The notes under the pieces: generated by a model
What the model was told of the DNA's origin: nothing
Database searches by the model: none
What the model saw: only the letters and a program-made list of their open reading frames with translations
DNA from: an uncultured Deinococcales bacterium
GTDB taxonomy: Bacteria; Deinococcota; Deinococci; Deinococcales; JAAFIG01
Length of the DNA: 39,202 bases
Assembly: GCA_964244895.1 (NCBI GenBank)
Contig: CAXTKV010000019.1
Coordinates: 1-39,202 of the forward strand
Direction: 5' to 3'
Translations under genes and position numbers: made by a program
In this document: positions 8,391-18,011 of the stretch, piece by piece
Layout of the letters: the number at the start of each line of letters is the position of its first letter
Numbering within the stretch: position 1 is the stretch's first letter

Positions 8391-10415
8391 ATGCCCCTAG
8401 AGACCGTCAACCTCGACGACCGCGACTTTCAGTGGTTCGTCAACCAGGCCAAACTGATGATCCCGCGCCACTGCCCGGAGTGGACGGATCACAACGTCTC
8501 CGACCCCGGAGTGGCGCTGATCGAGCTGTTCGCCTGGATGGCTGACCAGCTCCTCTACCGCGTCAACCTGGTGCCGGACAAAATGTACGTCAAGTTTCTC
8601 GACCTGATCGGCGTGCAGCTCAAGCCCCCGCAGCCCGCCGTCGTGCCCGTGACCTTCTACCTGTCCGCGCCGCAACCGAACGAGGTCACGATCAAGTCCG
8701 GAACCGAGGTCGCCACGGTGCGCACGGAGACGGATCTGGCGACTATTTTCACTACTGAGATGAACCTCGCGATCCGCCCACCCAGGGTCGCGGGCGTGTA
8801 CACGCGCGCCGTCAAAAACGGCAAGGCTGGCGACTTGGTCGAACACGATACGCGCACGCTCGAGCTGCCGGGCCGATCGATCAAGGTCTTTTCGGATAAG
8901 CCGCAGGTCGGGGACAGTTTCTGGGTCGCACTCGAGGACGATCATTCGGATCACGTCATGGCGCTCGTGCTGCGCTGCGAGTACGCGGGCGGCAGGGGGC
9001 TGGCGCTCGAGAACCCACCCTGGGTCTGGGAGGTCTTCCAGCCCGGCGTGACCCGGTGGGCGCGTTGCGAACTCGAATACGACGGCACTGGGGGGTTCAA
9101 TCGCGATGGCGAGATCATCCTGCGCCTGCCGAAGATGTCGCCCGGCACGATCGACAACCGCACCGCCTACTGGTTGCGATGCCGCCTGGACGAGCGCCAG
9201 AACGCAAACCCGGATAATCGGGAAGCCAGCCGTTACGATGCCTCGCCGGAAATCGAGGGTTTCCGCATCGAGTCGCGCGGGGCCACGGCCCGCGCCCGCC
9301 ACGCGATCACCGTGGAAAACGAGAGCTTGGGGGAAAGCGACGGCACTCCGGGGCAGCGTTTCAAGCTCCTGCACGACTCGCTCCTGTCGCGCAACCCGCA
9401 GACCGACTGCCTCGAGATCCACGAGCCTGGCAAAGATCCAGAGCGCTGGACGGAGGTCTCGGACTTCGCTGATTCCGAGAAGGATCACAAACATTTCACG
9501 CTCGAGAACGACGGCACGCTGACGCTCGGGCCGTCCTTGCAGCAGCCCGACGGCACGATGCACCGATTTGGCGAGGTTCCCTTGAAGGGTGCGAAACTGC
9601 GCTTCACCCGCTACCAGTACGGCGGCGGCGTGGTGGGCAATCTGCCGCGCGGCGCGATCAGCGTGCTGAAGACCTCGATTCCCTACGTCGCGCGGATCAC
9701 GAACCATCAGGCCGCAGTGGGCGGGAAGGACATGCAGACGCTCGAGGATGCCAAGCTGAGGGCTCCGCAGACGCTCCGCACGCGCACGCGAGCCGTCACC
9801 GCCGACGATTACGTCTACCTCGCCTGCGAACTCGAGGGCGTGGCCCGCGCCCACTGCCATGCGCCAGGTCGCCAGCCGAGTGCGGCTGGCGAGCATAGCC
9901 TGCGCCCTGGCGAGGTGCTGCTCAGCATCGTGCCGACCATCGAGGTTCCCGAAGGACACGTGCCACCCGGCCTGCTGACGTTGAACGCCGAGACGCTGAG
10001 CGCCCTGACCAACCGCCTGAACGAACGCCGACTGGTTGGCACGACGCTCAGGGTGGACAAACCCGTCTACTCCTGGATCAACGTCAAAGCCACGTTGCGC
10101 GTCCAAGAGCGCAGCGATCTGGATCTGGTGCGCGAGGTGCAGGAGCGGGCCGAGGCCGAACTCTATCGCTTCCTCAACCCGTATCGGGGCGGCCCCCGGA
10201 GCGATGGCTGGCCGTTCGGGCGGGCGCTTCACACGGCGGAACTCCTCAGCCTTCTGCAGCGCGTTCCGGGCGTGGAATTTGTGGACGAGATCGAGGTGCG
10301 CCAGACCTACCCCGACAGCAAGGACAGCAAACCCGCCGACCTCGTGCCGAACCGCCTTCCGATCCAACCGTTCGGACTGATCTGCTCGGATCACCACCAC
10401 GTCACGGTGACCTGA
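8391..10415 (+). CDS. baseplate J-like assembly protein (Afp11-like)
   Basis: NLDDRDF..., CPEWTDHNVSDPGVALIELFAW, LGESDGTPGQRF, YGGGVVGN, RAVTADDY, GWPFGR, VPGVEFV. ATG 8391 chosen; in-frame GTG at 8385 overlaps the gp25 stop. Confidence 0.95.
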   Translation: MPLETVNLDDRDFQWFVNQAKLMIPRHCPEWTDHNVSDPGVALIELFAWMADQLLYRVNLVPDKMYVKFLDLIGVQLKPPQPAVVPVTFYLSAPQPNEVTIKSGTEVATVRTETDLATIFTTEMNLAIRPPRVAGVYTRAVKNGKAGDLVEHDTRTLELPGRSIKVFSDKPQVGDSFWVALEDDHSDHVMALVLRCEYAGGRGLALENPPWVWEVFQPGVTRWARCELEYDGTGGFNRDGEIILRLPKMSPGTIDNRTAYWLRCRLDERQNANPDNREASRYDASPEIEGFRIESRGATARARHAITVENESLGESDGTPGQRFKLLHDSLLSRNPQTDCLEIHEPGKDPERWTEVSDFADSEKDHKHFTLENDGTLTLGPSLQQPDGTMHRFGEVPLKGAKLRFTRYQYGGGVVGNLPRGAISVLKTSIPYVARITNHQAAVGGKDMQTLEDAKLRAPQTLRTRTRAVTADDYVYLACELEGVARAHCHAPGRQPSAAGEHSLRPGEVLLSIVPTIEVPEGHVPPGLLTLNAETLSALTNRLNERRLVGTTLRVDKPVYSWINVKATLRVQERSDLDLVREVQERAEAELYRFLNPYRGGPRSDGWPFGRALHTAELLSLLQRVPGVEFVDEIEVRQTYPDSKDSKPADLVPNRLPIQPFGLICSDHHHVTVT

Positions 10416-10548
10416 GCGCGCCATCACGGAGACGGGTCGTCCCTTTCGAGTGGGGTGGAGTACCCGAACGGGTTTTGTCGGACAGGTTTGGGACTTGACG
10501 GGGTGCAGGTCACAGAACGTCAAAAGTTAAAGCGCTGAGGAGCCACGC

Positions 10549-11550
10549 GTGCCGGAACCCTACGGACAACTCGTCATCCAGCTGCCGGACAAGACCAGCC
10601 GCACGGAGCTGCTGAGGCTTGGACGCATCACGATCGGGCGCACACCCGAGAACGACGTGGTGTTGAACTCTCCGCTGGTATCGCACCGCCATGCGGAACT
10701 CGAGATCACCGAATCCGGCACGTTCCTGATGGATCTGGGTTCCAGGGAAGGTACCTTCGCCGCCGGTGTGCGCTTGCTGCCCAACCAGCCCACGCCGATC
10801 GAGGACGGCGCGGTGCTCCAGATCGGGCTGTTCCTCATCAACTACATCGCGGCTCCCGCGAGTACCGCCGCGCCCGAACCGAAGCCCAAAAGCCGCGCGA
10901 AGACCCCGATCGAACCTGTCGCACAGCCAACTGGAGTGGTGTTCGTTCCGATGCAGCAGCCGCCGCCACCTGCACCGCCGCGCGTCGCACAGAGCTTTGA
11001 GCACTTCCTCAGACAACTCTCGAGCGCGCGAAACGGGGAACTCGACGCGACGCAGAGTTTTTACCTGGCGATGCTGCCCGTGATCTTCCACGACCAGGAC
11101 TTTTTGGGGCGTTTCTTGACGATCTTTGAACGCCTGTGGGAACCCCTCGAGTGGCGGCAGGATCACATCGAGATGTACTTCGATCCGCGCACCGCGCCCG
11201 CTACGTTCCTGCGCTGGCTCGAGCGCTGGCTCGGGCTCGAGCCCAACCAGCACTGGAACGAGGGCCGTCGACGGCGCTTCCTGATCGAGGCGATGTCGCT
11301 TTACCAATGGCGCGGCACGACCTGGGGCGTACAGCGCATGATTGAGGTCTGTACGGGGTTTACAGTTCAGGTCGAAGAGAGCGCACCGTACTGTTTTACC
11401 GTGAGCGTGCATCTCGACGAATTGGAAAGCGCAGGCGTGCCCGATGGGCAGAACCCCGAAGCATACGTCGAGGGTTTGAAACGCTTCGTCGAGGAGCTGA
11501 TCGTACAGCACAAGCCCGCGCACGCCGGGTACACGCTCGAGTTCATATGA
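10549..11550 (+). CDS. FHA domain fused to phage tail/baseplate P2 gpI-like domain
   Basis: N-terminal FHA (ITIGRTPENDVVL..PLVSHRHA...DLGSREGT), Pro-rich linker, then YLAMLPVIF..DFLGRFL.IFE, YFDPRTAP.TFL.WL..WLG, LYQWRGT..G, HKPAH; GAGGAG RBS. Confidence 0.88.
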   Translation: MPEPYGQLVIQLPDKTSRTELLRLGRITIGRTPENDVVLNSPLVSHRHAELEITESGTFLMDLGSREGTFAAGVRLLPNQPTPIEDGAVLQIGLFLINYIAAPASTAAPEPKPKSRAKTPIEPVAQPTGVVFVPMQQPPPPAPPRVAQSFEHFLRQLSSARNGELDATQSFYLAMLPVIFHDQDFLGRFLTIFERLWEPLEWRQDHIEMYFDPRTAPATFLRWLERWLGLEPNQHWNEGRRRRFLIEAMSLYQWRGTTWGVQRMIEVCTGFTVQVEESAPYCFTVSVHLDELESAGVPDGQNPEAYVEGLKRFVEELIVQHKPAHAGYTLEFI

Positions 11551-11650
11551 AGCCGCGATCCTGGGAGCGTGGATCGGTCGGGGTGCGGTATATGCTGACA
11601 GCCACGCGCAGCGCGCGCCCCACACCACTTACAGCCCGTGAGGTGAAACT

Positions 11651-14600
11651 TTGAGCAACCTCGTCGGACAGACCCTCGCCCGTTGGGAACTGACAGGGAT
11701 CGTCCAGAGCGACGATTACGGCCAGGTCTATCGTTGCCACGATCAGGACTCGAACGCCCAGGCGACGATCCGGGTGATCGAGCTGAACCTCGAAGCCAAC
11801 CCCAAATTTCGCGAGCGCTTTGCGTACACGGTCGCGCGACTCGCGGCGCTCTCGCACGCGAACATCCTCAAGGTGCGCGACCCCAACGATCCGGGCATCG
11901 GTCTGGGCGACAACAAAGGGCGAGCCTGGCTCGTGCAGGAAAACCTGCCGGGCATGAGCGCCCGCACGCTCTTGGAGCGCCAGGCGCGGCTCGGCAAGCC
12001 GATGGCGCTCGCGCTGACGCTCGACATCGGACGGCAGGTGGCGGAAGCGCTCGAGTACGCGCACGCGCGTGGCGTGCTGCACGGCGAGGTCAAGCCAGAG
12101 AACCTCTGGCTCGAAGCGGTCTCGGCGCGTTCGACGAGCGAGCAGTACCTCGTCAAGGTCGCGGACTTCGACCTCACGGAACTCGGTGTGGACGCCCCCG
12201 AGGACGAAACCCCGCGCACCGCGCCCGCCTACATCGCGCCGGAACGCTGGTCGAGTCTGCCAACGGACGCCCGCAGCGACATCTACTCGCTCGGCGTGGT
12301 GCTCTACGAACTCGCCACGAACCTCCAGCCTTTCGAGGCCAAAACCTTGGTCGAGGCCGCGCACAAGCACCTCAACCAGGTACCCCGCCCGCCGCGCGAG
12401 TTCCGCCCCGATCTGCCCCCCGAGTTCGACGCGATCGTCTGCAAATGCCTCGAGAAGGAACCCGCCAGCCGCTACCAGAATGCCACGGAACTCTCCAGCG
12501 CCCTGCGCGGCCTGATCGAACGCATCACGCCGCCCGACCACCACCCGACGGTCGTGAATCCGCCCGGCCTCGTGCTGCCGCCGCCGACGATCAGGCCGCT
12601 CGAGCCATCCGACAAGCCGCGCTTGCAGCTGCTCGATCAGTCCGGACGCGAGTTGGAAGTCAGGGAGATCCCGACGCAGGGCCTGACTGTAGGGCGGCTC
12701 AAAGCCAACGCGCTGACGCTCGAGAGCGACACGGTCTCTCGGCATCACCTGCGACTCGACCTGGAGCCGACGGGGCTCGTCGGCGTAACCGACCTGAACT
12801 CCTCGAACGGAACCTACTTGGATAACGCGCGCCTGATGCCGATGGTTCCGCATCCCTTTCCGGACGATGGCCTGTTGCGCGTCGGGCCGTTCTGGTTGCG
12901 TTACGAGGCACCCTCTACGCCAAAATCCATGGTCGAGGTCGCGCTCGAGGGCCGGACGCTGACGCTCACTCCCGGCCAGCAGACGCCGGTCAAGGTCACC
13001 CTCGTGAACCTCGGGCGTCTGGTCGCGCACTACAACCTGACTGTGGAGGGCATCCCCGCGAATTGGGTCAAGCTCCCCACCCCAGGACCGAACCGCGAAC
13101 ACGTCCAGCTCAATCCCGGCGATACGAAATCCACGACCGTGTTCGTCACGCCGCCGCGCACCAGCGAGGCGCGCGCCCGCAAGTACCCCGTTCGGGTTCG
13201 GGCGCGCTCGCCCCAGAACCCGGAATTCGACGGAGCCACCAACGCGGAATGGACGGTTCTGCCCTTTCCGAGCACGCAGGTCACGCTCAAACCCGCCAAG
13301 GTTCTCGGGCGCATGGGTGGCGAGTTCCAGGTGAGCGTCAGAAACGAAGGCAACTTTCCGGTCGAGTACAAGCTATCCGCCGACGACGAGGAGCAGCGCC
13401 TCAAGTACCGTTTCGAGCCCGATGCCTTGAGCGTCGAACCGGGCGCCTCCGGCGAGTCGAGGCTGCGCGTCGGCGCGTGGCGGCGTCTGATCGGGTTGAC
13501 GCAGCTCAGAAGCTTCCAGCTCAAGGCCGAGCCGATCACCAAAGGCGGCGAGCCGCGCGCGATCACTGGTCAACTCGGCCACCAAGCGGTCATTCCAACC
13601 TGGCTTCCGCCCGCGATTCTGGCAGGTTTGATCGTGCTCGCCCTGGTCATCATCAACGCGCTCAGGCCCGTGATCACGAGCCTGACCATCAAGGACGCCG
13701 CAAAGAACCCGGTGATCGCCGGGCAACCCGTCACGGTCGTGTGGGAAGGCCGGAACATCCAGAAGCTCGAGTTCCGCCCTGACGTGGCGGCCTTCGACGC
13801 GCGCACGGTGCAGTACCGCTGCTTGGACGATCAGGCCAACCTGGACAAGGGCTGCTACACCTTCAAGCAGGGCTTCGCCAAGGACGCGACGCTCAACGCC
13901 GTCGCCACCGGCTTCCTCGGTCTGCAGAGCAACGGCGACACGCTCTTGCCGATCGTGCCGAAGCAAGCCCCCGTGTCCGACCCGACCTTGATCTTCTGGA
14001 CGAACACGAAACAGGAAAAGACCACGATCGCGCCGGGTGGCGCGGTCAAACTCGAGTGGAAGGTCAAGAATGCCGATTCGGTCAGGCTCGAGCCCTTCGG
14101 CGATGTCGGCACTGGGTATTACGGCGTCAAGGTCGACGCGCCGCAAACCCCGAAGGATGTCGAAACGGTCGTGACTTACCGCATGACCGCAACGAACAAG
14201 TTGGGCAAGTCCGTCACGAAAACCGTCCTGGTGACGGTCAAACCCCAGGCGAACCCGCCCGCGAAGATCCTGGCGTTCAGCGCCTCGCCCTCGAGCATCG
14301 TCGCGGGCAAGACGACCTCGATCCAGCTTTCATGGGCCACCGAGAACGCCGTAAACGTAACGATCGACGGCGTACCCGTCAGCCAGCAGGGCGCAAACAT
14401 CGCGCGACCCGCGCCGGGGGCGACCACGACCTACATCATGATCGCCAAGAACAAAGATGGGATCGAAGTCAACGGGTTCGCCAAGGTCGAAGTGAAGATC
14501 CCGCCACCTCCACCGCCCGCCGCTACCAATCCGCCACCATCACCTCCGACGACCAATCCGCCACCACCGCCCGCAGCGACGAACCCGCCACCACCGGCCA

Positions 14601-14977
14601 CCAATCCACCACCGCCTACGGCGAGCAATCCACCACCCGCGCCGCCGACCGAGCCACCGAATCCACCTGCGCCGACACCACCGACCGCGTCCATCAAGGC
14701 CACAGAGATCGTGAACTTCGTGGTGGACCCGCCCGAGGTCGACCTCGGGCAGAACGTGGTCGTGAACTGGGACATCTCAAACGCCAAAGCGCAGAACATT
14801 ACGATCAACTACGTCGGCAATGGTGATTCGTACAAGCTCTTCGGCGGGAAGCTTCAGGGGCAAAGCCAGTTCACGCCGACCAGAAGCGGTGAGATCAAGC
14901 TCGTGGTGCGCGGTGTCGACGCGAACGGCAAGGCCGTCACGCTGACGAAGACAATCAAGATCAAGGTGAACCGATGA
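11651..14977 (+). CDS. membrane-anchored Ser/Thr kinase-fold (probably pseudokinase)-FHA-Ig-like protein
   Basis: Hanks-type fold (YIAPE, SDIYSLGVVLYEL, KCLEKEPASRY) with degenerate catalytic motifs; intact FHA (VGR..SRHH..NSSNGT); two Ig/COG1470-like domains; single hydrophobic helix near 13600-13660 (AILAGLIVLALVIINAL); then several Ig-like repeats and a Pro-rich linker. TTG start after GAGGTG. Confidence 0.85.
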   Translation: MSNLVGQTLARWELTGIVQSDDYGQVYRCHDQDSNAQATIRVIELNLEANPKFRERFAYTVARLAALSHANILKVRDPNDPGIGLGDNKGRAWLVQENLPGMSARTLLERQARLGKPMALALTLDIGRQVAEALEYAHARGVLHGEVKPENLWLEAVSARSTSEQYLVKVADFDLTELGVDAPEDETPRTAPAYIAPERWSSLPTDARSDIYSLGVVLYELATNLQPFEAKTLVEAAHKHLNQVPRPPREFRPDLPPEFDAIVCKCLEKEPASRYQNATELSSALRGLIERITPPDHHPTVVNPPGLVLPPPTIRPLEPSDKPRLQLLDQSGRELEVREIPTQGLTVGRLKANALTLESDTVSRHHLRLDLEPTGLVGVTDLNSSNGTYLDNARLMPMVPHPFPDDGLLRVGPFWLRYEAPSTPKSMVEVALEGRTLTLTPGQQTPVKVTLVNLGRLVAHYNLTVEGIPANWVKLPTPGPNREHVQLNPGDTKSTTVFVTPPRTSEARARKYPVRVRARSPQNPEFDGATNAEWTVLPFPSTQVTLKPAKVLGRMGGEFQVSVRNEGNFPVEYKLSADDEEQRLKYRFEPDALSVEPGASGESRLRVGAWRRLIGLTQLRSFQLKAEPITKGGEPRAITGQLGHQAVIPTWLPPAILAGLIVLALVIINALRPVITSLTIKDAAKNPVIAGQPVTVVWEGRNIQKLEFRPDVAAFDARTVQYRCLDDQANLDKGCYTFKQGFAKDATLNAVATGFLGLQSNGDTLLPIVPKQAPVSDPTLIFWTNTKQEKTTIAPGGAVKLEWKVKNADSVRLEPFGDVGTGYYGVKVDAPQTPKDVETVVTYRMTATNKLGKSVTKTVLVTVKPQANPPAKILAFSASPSSIVAGKTTSIQLSWATENAVNVTIDGVPVSQQGANIARPAPGATTTYIMIAKNKDGIEVNGFAKVEVKIPPPPPPAATNPPPSPPTTNPPPPPAATNPPPPATNPPPPTASNPPPAPPTEPPNPPAPTPPTASIKATEIVNFVVDPPEVDLGQNVVVNWDISNAKAQNITINYVGNGDSYKLFGGKLQGQSQFTPTRSGEIKLVVRGVDANGKAVTLTKTIKIKVNR
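14501..14686 (+). repeat. intragenic Pro-rich repeat (about 6 x TNPPPP-like units)
   Basis: Encodes PPPPPPAATNPPPSPPTTNPPPPPAATNPPPPATNPPPPTASNPPPAPPTEPPNPPAPTPPT. Confidence 0.9.
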
Positions 14978-15122
14978 GCCTCGAGTCAGGCGAACGATTC
15001 CCCCCCACCACACAGGATCGGGGCTCGAGCCCTGAGAAAACGCGAGGGCACCGTCCTGGACGGTGCTCTATAGGAGGCCTGAGCATCTCGCGCTGCACGT
15101 TTATTCCCGGAAGAGGTCAGCC

Positions 15123-15716
15123 GTGAGCGCCCTCACCATCGCCACCGTGAGCGCCGTGCTGCGCAGCCTCCTGGAGAACGGCCTGGCGGCGCGCGATGTG
15201 ACGACCGCCATCGGCGGGGACGTGCTGGTGAGCGCCATGCCACCCGACCGGATCGCGACGGGAGCGGAGGAAAAGCCGCAGCTCAACCTGTTCTTGTTCC
15301 AGGTTTCGGCCAGTACGGGCTTGCGGACACTCCCCGGACGCAAACCGGACGAGGGCAAGGGACCACCGTTGGCCCTCGAGCTGCACTACCTCGTCACAGC
15401 TTATGGAGCGCAGGACTACCAGACGGATATTTTGCTCGGCTACGCGCTTCAGATGTTCTTCGAAACGCCCGTGCTCTCGACCGAGACGATCCAGAGGGCC
15501 ATCAAGGCCCTATCCAAAAGCGGCGGCGGTCGCATGGTCGCGCCGGGGGTGGCGGCGCTCGCATCATCCGACCTGCCCGAGCGCGTGGATCAGGTGCGGA
15601 TCGTACCGCAGTTTCTGGATCCGGAGGCGTCGTCGCGCCTGTGGTCGGCGATGCAGGCGAAGCTTCGCCCGTCTGCCGCCTACAAGGTCTCCGTCGTGCC
15701 TATTGGGGCGCACTGA
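15123..15716 (+). CDS. Pvc16/Afp16-like DUF4255 protein (tail cap/terminator family)
   Basis: MSALTIATVSAVLRSLL, SAMPPD, QLNLFLFQV, PPLALELHYLVTAYG, LWSAMQAKLRPSAAYKVSVV. GTG 15123 after GAGGT is preferred to 15063. Confidence 0.88.
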   Translation: MSALTIATVSAVLRSLLENGLAARDVTTAIGGDVLVSAMPPDRIATGAEEKPQLNLFLFQVSASTGLRTLPGRKPDEGKGPPLALELHYLVTAYGAQDYQTDILLGYALQMFFETPVLSTETIQRAIKALSKSGGGRMVAPGVAALASSDLPERVDQVRIVPQFLDPEASSRLWSAMQAKLRPSAAYKVSVVPIGAH

Positions 15717-15985
15717 GGTCTGGTCGTGCTCACAGCTGATGTATTCGTCGATCAATCTCTCAAACCTAAACCGACACGTTCCAGGTCAACTGATACCGTG
15801 TGGGACAGCGATTCGAGCCCTCGGCTCCGAGGCAGACCCAAGGTTCAGGCCGTCTCGCCCGTACCAGGTTCTCGGCGGATATGTGCTCGCTCGGGCGGGA
15901 AGGCAGCCCCTTGGGGACGACGATCGATCTATCCCGAAGCTTCGCACCTTGAGCGTATTCGAGTCTCAGACAGAAAGCGGGAACC

Positions 15986-17956
15986 GTGAACGCAACAGAG
16001 ACATGGCACGAGAACCAGCTCAGCCTGATCGACGCGCTCGCCGGCATCCGTGCAGCGCTCGAGCGCCACATCGCCCGCTCACGGGGTGAGCCGCTCGAGG
16101 CGCTCCCGCATCCGGCTGCGAACACTGCACGGGTCGGTGGGCCGCAACTCGAGGCGCTCTGCCAGGCGTTTTCGCTCTCGCCCTTTGAGCGGGATGTGCT
16201 GGTGTTATGCGCCGGTGTGGAGCTCGACGCGAGCTTTCCGGCCCTCTGCGGCGCGGCGCACGGCGACCCAACGCGCACGCAGCCGACCTTCGGGCTGGCG
16301 CTCGCCGCCCTGCCGGGCGCGCACTGGAGCGCGCTCGGGCCGTTCGGCCCATTGAGGCGTTGGCGAATGGTAGAAGCTTCCCCCAACGGGACGCTGACGC
16401 AGGGCGCTTTGCGGATCGACGAACGTGTGCTCAACTATCTGGCAGGCGTGCCGCACGTCGATGCTCGCCTCGCCAACCTGCTCGAGCCAGTGCGCGGGGT
16501 GGAACTCGTGCCCTCGCAGCAAAACCTCACGGAGCGCATTGCCGCAGCCTGGTCGCGCGCAGCGCGCGGCGCGGCCCTGCCCGTCGTGCAGATCACCGGC
16601 GTGGACGCCTCGAGCGTCCGCGCGGTCGCCGTCAATGCCTGCGAGCGACTGAACTTGCGGCTCGCGGTCCTGCCAGCCGCGCTCGTGCCGATGGATGTGG
16701 GCGAACTCGAGACGATCCTGCGCCTCTGGGAGCGCGAGGTGGCGCTCGCGCAGGGGGCTCTGCTGGTGGATTGTTTCGCGCTCGACGCGCAGGACGCGCG
16801 CGGGGCGGCGGTCAACCGCCTGCTCGAGCGCGCAAACGGCCCGCTGATGGTCGCGGGACGCGAGCGACGCCGCGACCTGAGCCGCACGACCCTCAACTTC
16901 GAGGTCAAAAAACCTGACGTGCCCGAGCAGCGCCGCGTCTGGCAGGCTGCTCTCGAACGGAACGACCCGAGTGCCGACGCGCTGATCGACCCGCTGGTGG
17001 CGCAGTTCAACCTCGAAGCGACCCGCATTCGCGCCGTGGCGACCGAAGCCGCCGCCCAAACCGACTCGAACTTGGAATCCGATGCGCACGCGCTCGGACG
17101 CGCGCTCTGGGAAGCCTGCCGCCTGCACGCCCGCCCGACGCTCGAGGGTTTGGTGCAGCGCATCGACGGCGGTGCCACCTGGGACGACCTGGTGCTGCCA
17201 GGGGCGCAGCGCGAAGTGCTGGCCGACATCGCCAAGCACGTCCGGCATCGAGGCACCGTCTACGAGCGTTGGGGCTTCGGCGGGCGTAACCCGCGCGGGC
17301 TCGGGATCACGGCGCTGTTCGCGGGTCCCTCCGGAACGGGCAAGACGACCGCCGCCGAGGTGCTCGCGAATGACCTCAACCTCGACCTCTACCGTATCGA
17401 CCTGTCCTCGACGGTTTCCAAGTACATCGGCGAGACCGAGAAGAATCTGGGGCGAATCTTCGACGCCGCAGAGGCGGGTGGCGCGATTCTCTTGTTCGAC
17501 GAGGCGGACGCCCTCTTCGGCAAGCGCAGCGAGGTCAAGGACAGCCACGACCGCTACGCCAACCTCGAGGTCAGCTACCTCCTACAGCGCATGGAAGCCT
17601 ACGCAGGGTTGGCGATCCTGACAACGAATATCAAGAGCGCGCTGGACACGGCTTTCTTGCGACGCATCCGCTTTGTCGTGCAGTTTCCGTTCCCCGATCC
17701 CGCGCAGCGCGAGGAAATCTGGCGGCGCGCCTTCCCGAAGGACGCGCCGACCCATGGGCTCGTCTACGCCAAGCTGGCGCAACTGGCCGTCTCCGGCGGC
17801 AGCATCCGCAACATCGCGCTCTCGAGCGCCTTCCTGGCCGCCGACGAGGGCGCGCCCATCGGGATGCGGCATGTCCTTCAGGCCGCGCACGCCGAGTACG
17901 CGAAGCAGGAAAAGGTCATCACCGAGGCCGAGATCAACGGCTGGCTCGAGGGTTGA
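15986..17956 (+). CDS. CIS AAA+ ATPase (Afp15/Pvc15-like)
   Basis: N-terminal FSLSPFERDVLVLCAG.ELD; degenerate first AAA module; second module with WDDLVLP, Walker A GPSGTGKT, SKYIGETEKNL, Walker B LLFDEADALFGKRSEVKDSHDRYAN, LDTAFLRR. Confidence 0.95.
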   Translation: MNATETWHENQLSLIDALAGIRAALERHIARSRGEPLEALPHPAANTARVGGPQLEALCQAFSLSPFERDVLVLCAGVELDASFPALCGAAHGDPTRTQPTFGLALAALPGAHWSALGPFGPLRRWRMVEASPNGTLTQGALRIDERVLNYLAGVPHVDARLANLLEPVRGVELVPSQQNLTERIAAAWSRAARGAALPVVQITGVDASSVRAVAVNACERLNLRLAVLPAALVPMDVGELETILRLWEREVALAQGALLVDCFALDAQDARGAAVNRLLERANGPLMVAGRERRRDLSRTTLNFEVKKPDVPEQRRVWQAALERNDPSADALIDPLVAQFNLEATRIRAVATEAAAQTDSNLESDAHALGRALWEACRLHARPTLEGLVQRIDGGATWDDLVLPGAQREVLADIAKHVRHRGTVYERWGFGGRNPRGLGITALFAGPSGTGKTTAAEVLANDLNLDLYRIDLSSTVSKYIGETEKNLGRIFDAAEAGGAILLFDEADALFGKRSEVKDSHDRYANLEVSYLLQRMEAYAGLAILTTNIKSALDTAFLRRIRFVVQFPFPDPAQREEIWRRAFPKDAPTHGLVYAKLAQLAVSGGSIRNIALSSAFLAADEGAPIGMRHVLQAAHAEYAKQEKVITEAEINGWLEG

Positions 17957-18011
17957 CGCGATCGAGAACACCTGACTTGACGCGCCTTGTTTGAGACGTG
18001 AATTGATTGGA

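Noticed and set aside
10495..10523. TTGACG-N17-CGTCAA dyad upstream of the FHA-baseplate gene
   Set aside because: Only 6-bp arms, single occurrence and no matching -10; cannot be supported as an operator or promoter.
8397..13102. Long antisense ORFs (8397-10523, 10510-11628, 11543-13102) and similar ones elsewhere (e.g. 20700-23402 +, 33736-35427 -)
   Set aside because: Shadow ORFs opposite well-supported genes, expected in high-GC DNA; no domain motifs.
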